The notes beneath the pieces are model-generated. The model was not told the origin of the DNA, searched no databases, and saw nothing but the letters and a program-made list of their open reading frames with translations. Positions 57,225 through 64,000 of a DNA stretch of 64,000 nt are shown in pieces. The position numbers and the translations under genes were made by a program. The stretch's first letter is position 1. Every line of letters begins with the position of its first letter. The stretch covers positions 18,102-82,101 of the forward strand of contig CAWBGV010000028.1 in the NCBI GenBank assembly GCA_963788395.1. Reading direction: 5' to 3'. The stretch comes from Candidatus Doudnabacteria bacterium (lineage in GTDB: Bacteria; Patescibacteriota; Doudnabacteria; UBA920).

Positions 57225-60175
57225 ATGAATCAACTTGAGCTCCACAAAAAAATAGAAGAATTTTTTAAAGCGGCCCCTGCGACGGCTGATGTTTCCTATG
57301 CCAATTCTTTATTGGTCAACGATGACGCTAAACGATTCTTTTTCAATCAAGCTAATGAATTTTGGCTGGATTGGCTTTGGCAAAATGGTTTTTTAAATGG
57401 CTTAAAACAAAAGGCCACGGACGCTACTAAATACACCTATCAGTTACCGGAACTGGAATATCTAACTAGAATGACCGAAAAGCAGGCTGCCAAGGTAACA
57501 GAAATTTTACTTGACAGAGATAATGCGACTTCCGAACAAAACTTTAATCCAGAAGTTGTTGATCGTTTTTTTAGAATTATAGGTTCTCTGCCGGCAGAAA
57601 ACATCAAAGCTTTAACAGTAAAAATCCGAGACGAGAAGTGGTTTTTCTTAATGAGAAATTATCGCGAATCTGGCTATGCCTTTGAAAGAATTGTTAAAAA
57701 ATTAGTCGATAGCAAAGAAAGCCAAGGGTTATTAGAGTTTGTACAAGCTTTGCTTACCGTAAAAAGTAAGGACGAAATCTCCGAGAGAGAAAACATGTTC
57801 AGCTTTGAAGAACCGTTTTACTTAACCGATACAGGGGCCTCTGATATTTTTGAAGCATTAGCACAGATTGAGGGTCCATATGCAGAAGAAGCCCTTAAAA
57901 TTAGCACAGGCATTATGAGCCAGATTGTCAGGCTTGGCAAACCGGATGAAGACAAAATTTTTGATTACAATGATTTGTTTGCTTTGTTGGACGTTGATAT
58001 GTTCACACTGGAAATAGAAGACAAGCGCAGTACCTCTTATAAGATTGATGTTAAAAACTTAACCGCGGTAATTAAAAAATTAGTTGAAAGGACAATCGGA
58101 AAAAAGTGCGGAGATACTCCTGCAGTGAGCCGGTTATTTGAATATATAAACAGCATACCCACTTGCCGTTCCATGTGGCGGTTAAGGCTTTTTGTTTTAA
58201 CTCAATGCCCCAATACCTTTAAAGAAGCATTAAAAAAAGCGTTTTTTAAAGTCTTTGAAGTTGGCGACAGATATTTTGAAATTGAAGGTGGTGCTGAATA
58301 TCATCAAACCCTTATACGCTGTTTTAATGTGCTTGACGAGCCGACACAAAGAGATTATGTAAAGAAAGTTTTTGAGTACTTTGGAGCTAAGCTGGGAGAC
58401 GGAGACAAAGAAATATGGCGTAAAAGGGATGGATTAAAGATACTTATTTTAATTAAAAGTTATCTTACTCCTGATGAAGTAAATTTGGCCCAAGAAGTGT
58501 TTGGTGTTTCGCCGATGAAAGAAGACTTTACTCCGCAGCCTACGGTTGGCGCTAGCAGAAGCTGGTTCTATCCACCATATTTCGCCCATAGATCCTGCGG
58601 ACTTTACCATTGAGGAGATTATTACCAACTTAAAAACAATTTGGAGTCCTGAAAAACTTAAAGAAGAATATCAAGGCGATGACTTCTTTAAACCCCGCGG
58701 ACCAGAAGGACTCGGCGACGCTCTTAGAGAAGATGTAAAAAAACGGACTGATGATTATCTTAAACAAATTGTTAATTTCTTCGATAGAGAAGCTATTAGC
58801 CCCAACTATGTTTATTTTCTGCTTCGCGGTATTGAAGAAATGTTGCGCAACAAGCAAGCGCTAACACCGGAGCAAGTGAGTATGCTTTTTGGTTTGTTTA
58901 ATGTTATTAAGAATGACGGGCAAAGAGAACCATTCAAAAGAAAAGACGATAAATCATGGCTGGCTGATTGGATAGAAGTACACAAAATAATAACGGACAT
59001 ACTCCTTTACATTTTGGAAAATAAAGAAACCAAGGCAGTTATTCACCAAGCGCATCAAGAAGAAATTAAAAATTTAATTGCGTATCTGCTTACCATTTCG
59101 GACAGTCCATCTAAAGAAAAGGAAACACCGGAATCCAGCGAGCCATACCACGCCGCCATTAACTCTGTTCGTGGCCGCGCGTATGAGGCTTTTGTGGTGT
59201 TTACGGGAAATAACGGCAAAACACTAACAGAAGATGTAAAACGACAGTTTCTAAATGTTCTAGAGGACAAATCCTTGGCAGTTCGTTTTGTGGTTGGTAG
59301 ATATTTAGCAACTTTTTATTTCCGCGATAAGGAATTTATTACAGAAAATTTACCTGATAATTTTTCCGACTACTGATCCAAAAAAGAAAGATATATACCT
59401 TGCAACTTGGGAAGGTTATTTATCAAACACCTTATACGATAAATTATTTGTTGCGCTTAAAAGTTACTACGAACATGCCATCACTCTTGAGCCTGAAGCT
59501 TATACCCAAAGAAAATACTCAAAGGGGTTAGATGAATCTTTGGCAATCCACATCGCCCTTGCTTTCGCGCACTTAGGTTTAGAAATAACTGATGATTTAT
59601 TCCAACAATTTTGGGCTAAACCCAATGTTACTAGGCATGAAGAATTTATTTCGTTTATCGGCCGCAGCTGCATAAGTCGTGACCAAGCTGGCGACGAGTG
59701 GTTTAAAGAAAACAATGTAAGCAAAGAAAAACTTATTAAATTCTGGGATTGGGTTTTAAATAATAACGCAATAGAGCCGAAAGCCTTAGCGGGATTTGGC
59801 TTTTGGATAAATCCAAATAAAGAAATTTTAGACGATAAAGTTCTAGTGGAAAAAATTACCGAAACCATTAAAAAATCTGACGGCGCCATAGATTGGGATT
59901 ATGGTATAACAGAAAGGCTGCCGGCATTTGCTAAAAAAGACGGCGCAAAAACATTAGAGCTGATTTCAAATTTTTTGCTAGATTCTAAAAATAACCTTAA
60001 CCGTAACAGGCGTGCACCAATGTTTAGTTTAGATAACGAAATTAAACAGTCCTTAGAAATAATTTATCAAAACGGCGACACGGCTCTTAAACAAAAAGTT
60101 GTTGATTTAATCAGCTTACTAATTGAAAAAGGCAGTAGTATATTTTGGGGGCTAAAAGATGTTGTTGCGCAATAA
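57225..60175 (+). CDS. large (~980 aa) all-helical hypothetical protein, two apparent frameshifts
   Basis: Pieces 57225-58613, 58546-59376 and 59378-60175 read continuously (…LPDNFS/PKKKDIYLATWEGYLSN…). The sequence is helical-repeat-like with no catalytic motif recognised. Confidence 0.55.
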
Positions 60176-60187
60176 AAATAAATCAAT

Positions 60188-61138
60188 ATGGAAGACTCCC
60201 ATCAAAATTTCATCTCACTAATTATTGACAGGCATTTTCATGCTACGCCTAAAGCCATTACAAGGATGACCGTTGGCACAGCAAACGAAGTTTATGCGGC
60301 GGCTTTGCCGGATCAGGAAGTGATTGTCCGCATGAGTCCTTATGACAAATTTTTGTTGGGGTCGCGTAAAAATATACCGCTCTTTAAAAGCCTAGGTATT
60401 CCAGTGCCGACCATTTTGTTTGAAAATTATAATAAAGATATTGTGCCATATAATTACCAGATTCTAACCAAAATTCCAGGTGAGGATATAGGTGAAGTTA
60501 TCGCTACTTTAAAGAATGAGCAGTTAAAAAGTGTAGCTCAAAAAGTAGCTGAAATTATTACCAAAATAAGACGACTTATACCGTCGCAAGGCGGCTTCGG
60601 CTATATTTACGGCAATGCCGACAATTTAGTGAGCACGTGGACGGAGTATATGCAAAATAGCGCAAATCAAGCTATTGAACGTGGCAGGCAAACCGGCGTT
60701 TTGGAAAGCTGGATGAAGGATCTGCTAGATAGTATAGTTTGGGACAATAAACAGTATTTTGATTCTGTAGTATCGGAAACCTACTTTGATGACATTAGTT
60801 CCAAAAATGTGATGATTTACAATGGCGCCTTTAGCGGCCTTGTGGATCTGGACTGTCTGGCCCAAGGGGACTACCTTGAGGCTGTCGGCCGCATTAAGGC
60901 CAGCTGGTTCGGCACGGGTTACGGCGAAGTTTACAGTAATGCAGTTATGGATGAACTTAACCTAGACGAGGAGCAAAGAAAACAAGTTACAGTTTATGCG
61001 CTCTTTAATCGGTTATTTTGGGCTTGCGAAAATGGCATTCAGATGAACCAGAATACAAAGCCGGTAGTAAATTTGCAGCGGGATCAGGAGAATAAACAAA
61101 TTATAAGAGCAATAGCTGGATTGGATCATAATTCGTAA
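60188..61138 (+). CDS. phosphotransferase-family (APH/choline-kinase-like) protein
   Basis: Kinase-fold catalytic loop DDISSKNVMI and GLVDLD. Confidence 0.65.
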   Translation: MEDSHQNFISLIIDRHFHATPKAITRMTVGTANEVYAAALPDQEVIVRMSPYDKFLLGSRKNIPLFKSLGIPVPTILFENYNKDIVPYNYQILTKIPGEDIGEVIATLKNEQLKSVAQKVAEIITKIRRLIPSQGGFGYIYGNADNLVSTWTEYMQNSANQAIERGRQTGVLESWMKDLLDSIVWDNKQYFDSVVSETYFDDISSKNVMIYNGAFSGLVDLDCLAQGDYLEAVGRIKASWFGTGYGEVYSNAVMDELNLDEEQRKQVTVYALFNRLFWACENGIQMNQNTKPVVNLQRDQENKQIIRAIAGLDHNS

Positions 61139-61230
61139 TAGGATCGTGGTCTTTCTATGGAAATTCCTGTGGCTAACTGCCTAAGAAAGTGTTAAAATAA
61201 GGGCATATTTACTGGTAGAGAATTTTTGAA

Positions 61231-62430
61231 ATGATTATGGCAAACAGCAATCTTACTAACGCAAAAAGGGCAAAGAACGACGAGTTTTATACCCAGTACG
61301 GCGATATTCAAAAAGAGGTTGAGGCATACTTAGAATACAACCCCGATGTATTTCGCAGAAGAGTGGTGTATTGTAATTGCGATGATCCGTTCGAGAGTAA
61401 TTTCTTTCGTTATTTTGTGCTCAATTTCAAAAAGCTTGGATTAAAACAGTTAATAACCACCAGCTATAAACCCTCGCCCGTAGCCAACACCCAGTTGGCG
61501 TTATTTGGCGATGATAAAACTCTCACTAAGCCAAAAGGCCGTTCAAAGGTAACCGCCAACAAGTTTATTATCAACGAGGTGCACGATATTGACGGCGACG
61601 GCGAGTTCAACTTGAAGGATGTTGCCATGCAGTTAAAAGCAAACAAACATAATGAGTGGACGCCGTTAGAGGGCGACGGTGATTTCCGCAGCGAAGAGTC
61701 TATTAACCTGCTTAAACAATCTGATATAGTAGTAACAAATCCACCGTTTAGTTTATTCCGAGAGTACGTAAAGCAGCTTGTAGAACACAACAAGCAATTT
61801 TTAATTATTGGCAATTTAAACGCTATTACCTATAAAGAAATTTTTCCGTTACTCAAACAAAATAAAGTTTGGTTGGGTAATAATTATAAAGTTAATGGCG
61901 GCGCAATGTTTTATGAGATCCCAGAGGGGATTGCTAATTTAGATCAGGTTCGCGAAATAAAAACAAACGAAAACGGAAAGAAAGTTTATATTACGAGAGT
62001 CCAGGGTGTTCGCTGGTTCACTAACTTAGACCATGGCAGACTCCACGAAAGATTACCCTTAATGACCGAAGCAGAGGTTATTAAATTTAGCACTAAAAAG
62101 CCATTCTTTAAATATGATAACTACGATGCGATAGAAATTTCATTGGTTAAAAACATCCCGAGTAATTACAAAGGTGTAATGGGCGTACCAATTAGTATCA
62201 TGGATAAGTACAGTCCCGAACAATTTATAATTTTAGGAACGAGTGATAATGGTCTTGTTGATGATAAATTCAAGAAAACACCAGGTTTAACAAAAGAATT
62301 TGTTAGTGATTATTATAAAGCTGGCGGCACAGGGGCATATAAGGAAGGCAACCCAACAGCTGGTTACTATGAAAATAACGTCGCAAAGATGGCGTATAAA
62401 AGAATTTTTATTAGACACAAGAATAAATAA
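61231..62430 (+). CDS. adenine-specific DNA methyltransferase, EcoRI-methylase-like family
   Basis: N-terminus NAKRAKNDEFYTQYGDIQKEV and motif IV VVTNPPFS. Confidence 0.8.
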   Translation: MIMANSNLTNAKRAKNDEFYTQYGDIQKEVEAYLEYNPDVFRRRVVYCNCDDPFESNFFRYFVLNFKKLGLKQLITTSYKPSPVANTQLALFGDDKTLTKPKGRSKVTANKFIINEVHDIDGDGEFNLKDVAMQLKANKHNEWTPLEGDGDFRSEESINLLKQSDIVVTNPPFSLFREYVKQLVEHNKQFLIIGNLNAITYKEIFPLLKQNKVWLGNNYKVNGGAMFYEIPEGIANLDQVREIKTNENGKKVYITRVQGVRWFTNLDHGRLHERLPLMTEAEVIKFSTKKPFFKYDNYDAIEISLVKNIPSNYKGVMGVPISIMDKYSPEQFIILGTSDNGLVDDKFKKTPGLTKEFVSDYYKAGGTGAYKEGNPTAGYYENNVAKMAYKRIFIRHKNK

Positions 62431-62431
62431 T

Positions 62432-63697
62432 ATGAAAAAAATTAAAGTATCAATTCAAGACGAGAACACTTTAGTTTTATTAGAAGATGGTTCAAAAGGT
62501 GACATAATCGATCTAAAGTCAGTACATGAAACGGACATTGATAAAACAACTATCACGAATGTAGTTAATTCTATAAAAAGCGATGCTTTTAATATTGAAT
62601 TAAAAAAAGAAAAGGATTCTATTGAACGCGAAAATAACTTTAAGTTAGAACTTAAAGAAAAAGAGTGGGCAGATCGTGCAAAAGAAAGCTTGTCTGCAAA
62701 AGATAAGGAAATTGTTGTACTTAATTCCAAGTTAGAAAGTGTTGCGGAAAGAGTAGAAGCAAATGTGAAGCTAGAAGCTTTTCAAGAGAAACAGAGAATA
62801 GAGAAAGAATATCAAGAAAAGTTAAATAAAAAAGACACTGAAATAAACGACATCAAGCATGAGAAGGAACTGAGTGAAGAAAAACTCAAAGAACAAATCA
62901 AGTCGACAGAAACTGCTTTGGTATCGTTCAAGGAAATGCGTACAAAGATGAGTACTAAAATGATTGGCGAATCACTCGAAGTCCATTGCGAAAATGAATT
63001 TAATCGCATTCGTCATATTGCATTTCCTAATGCAAAGTTCGGTAAAGATAATATAGTCTCCGAATCAGGCTCAAAAGGGGATTATATTTATCGAGAAGTA
63101 GATGAAGATGGTAGCGAAATGCTATCCATTATGTTTGAAATGAAAAATGAAGATGATGTCACTTCTACTAAGAAAAAGAACAAAGATTTTTTTAAGGAAT
63201 TAGACAAAGATCGACAAGAGAAAAAATGCGAATATGCTGTTTTGGTAAGTCTTCTTGAAAAAGATAATGAATACTACGATGACATAGTCCCTGTTTATGA
63301 ATATGGACTTATGTACTCTATACGTCCGCAACACTTCATTACTATTATTGGATTTTTACGTCAAGCAAATATAAAATCACAACACCTTCGGCGTGAAATT
63401 CATATACTTAATAATCAAAATGTTGATGTATCAAACTTTGAAGCCAACATGAATGCATTTAAAGAAGGGTTTTCAAAAAACTACGGCTTAGCATCGAAAC
63501 AATTTTCAGAAGCTATAGAAGAGATAGATAAAACTATTGATCACTTAAATAAAGTGAAAGATAACCTATTGAAATCTGATAACAATCTACGATTAGCAAA
63601 CAACAAAGCTACAGACCTTTCAATAAAAAGACTTACTTCCAATAGTCCAAGTGTTGCCAAGGCATTTGAAAAAAATGATAAAGAAAAAATTAAATAA
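62432..63697 (+). CDS. DUF2130 domain-containing protein
   Basis: Long Lys/Glu coiled coil followed by a nuclease-fold-like C-terminus (…[12 protein letters not shown]…FEMKNE…), consistent with DUF2130 from memory. The ATG at 62432 follows the methylase stop. Confidence 0.65.
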   Translation: MKKIKVSIQDENTLVLLEDGSKGDIIDLKSVHETDIDKTTITNVVNSIKSDAFNIELKKEKDSIERENNFKLELKEKEWADRAKESLSAKDKEIVVLNSKLESVAERVEANVKLEAFQEKQRIEKEYQEKLNKKDTEINDIKHEKELSEEKLKEQIKSTETALVSFKEMRTKMSTKMIGESLEVHCENEFNRIRHIAFPNAKFGKDNIVSESGSKGDYIYREVDEDGSEMLSIMFEMKNEDDVTSTKKKNKDFFKELDKDRQEKKCEYAVLVSLLEKDNEYYDDIVPVYEYGLMYSIRPQHFITIIGFLRQANIKSQHLRREIHILNNQNVDVSNFEANMNAFKEGFSKNYGLASKQFSEAIEEIDKTIDHLNKVKDNLLKSDNNLRLANNKATDLSIKRLTSNSPSVAKAFEKNDKEKIK

Positions 63698-63698
63698 T

Positions 63699-64000
63699 AT
63701 GAAAACAACTTTAAAAACCACAACCACTGTCAAAGATATTTGCGAAGGGTTTGAGTATAATGAACTTGAGGGCAAAGGGCTATTTGGTTTGTCCGGCAAG
63801 CTCACAATTCAGCCGGAGTATCAGCGTAACTATATTTATGCTTCCGATGGTGGAAAAAGAGAGGCTGCCGTTATTGAATCGATACTCAAAGGTTACCCAA
63901 TAGGTTTGATTTATTTTAATAAGATTTCTGAAAACAAGCTGGAAGTTTTGGACGGGCAACAACGCATTACAAGTGTTGGACGTTTCGTGACTGATAAATT
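63699..64000 (+). CDS. DUF262 (ParB/GmrSD-N-like) domain protein, 5' part only
   Basis: …[13 protein letters not shown]…GYPIGLIYF…LDGQQRITS. It runs off the window end. Confidence 0.8.
   Translation, partial: MKTTLKTTTTVKDICEGFEYNELEGKGLFGLSGKLTIQPEYQRNYIYASDGGKREAAVIESILKGYPIGLIYFNKISENKLEVLDGQQRITSVGRFVTDK

Overview
This window looks like a Candidate-Phyla-Radiation (Patescibacteria)-type bacterial chromosome. The evidence is small compact housekeeping genes, an unlinked 16S rRNA gene carrying a 654-bp insertion, and the atypical 515F site GCCAGCAGCAGCGG.

Core genes: infB, rbfA, a DHH phosphoesterase, rpsA, gyrA, rsmI, yebC, ruvC, tyrS, a speA-like decarboxylase, an HtrA-like protease, and 7 tRNAs in three small clusters.

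Three accessory blocks interrupt the core:
(1) 8.1-13.4 kb is AT-rich. It carries a cfa remnant, Fic, PAS-GGDEF and hypothetical genes, followed by VapBC.
(2) 14.2-24.0 kb is visibly GC-richer than the rest. It carries only unrecognised proteins plus a GHKL-type ATPase and consensus sigma70 promoters, and is split by an rve-type IS. It is followed by a phage/plasmid-like AT-rich block that ends in a large serine recombinase next to tRNA-Gly.
(3) 49.3-64 kb lies directly downstream of the 16S. It holds two convergent tyrosine recombinases, a 1.2-kb iteron-like non-coding array, a HARE-HTH nuclease, an Ltp lipoprotein, an unknown 180-aa + ~980-aa gene pair, an APH-like kinase, and an EcoRI-type methylase with DUF2130 and DUF262.

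The signal I consider most novel is non-coding. A modular, hairpin-rich ~120-bp repeat family begins immediately after the encoded CCA of 5 of the 7 tRNAs (always CCA-CGGGTCAAT). It forms tandem arrays of 3 and 5 units inside tRNA transcription units. A divergent copy forms the 3' end of the 16S insertion.

The 16S insertion also contains, on the antisense strand, a complete promoter/SD/23-codon hydrophobic-peptide cassette.

Many genes, including the essential infB and tyrS, are broken by 1-nt indels, at least four of them at or next to short homopolymer runs. This looks like sequencing or assembly error rather than real decay, so gene-integrity statements should be read with care.
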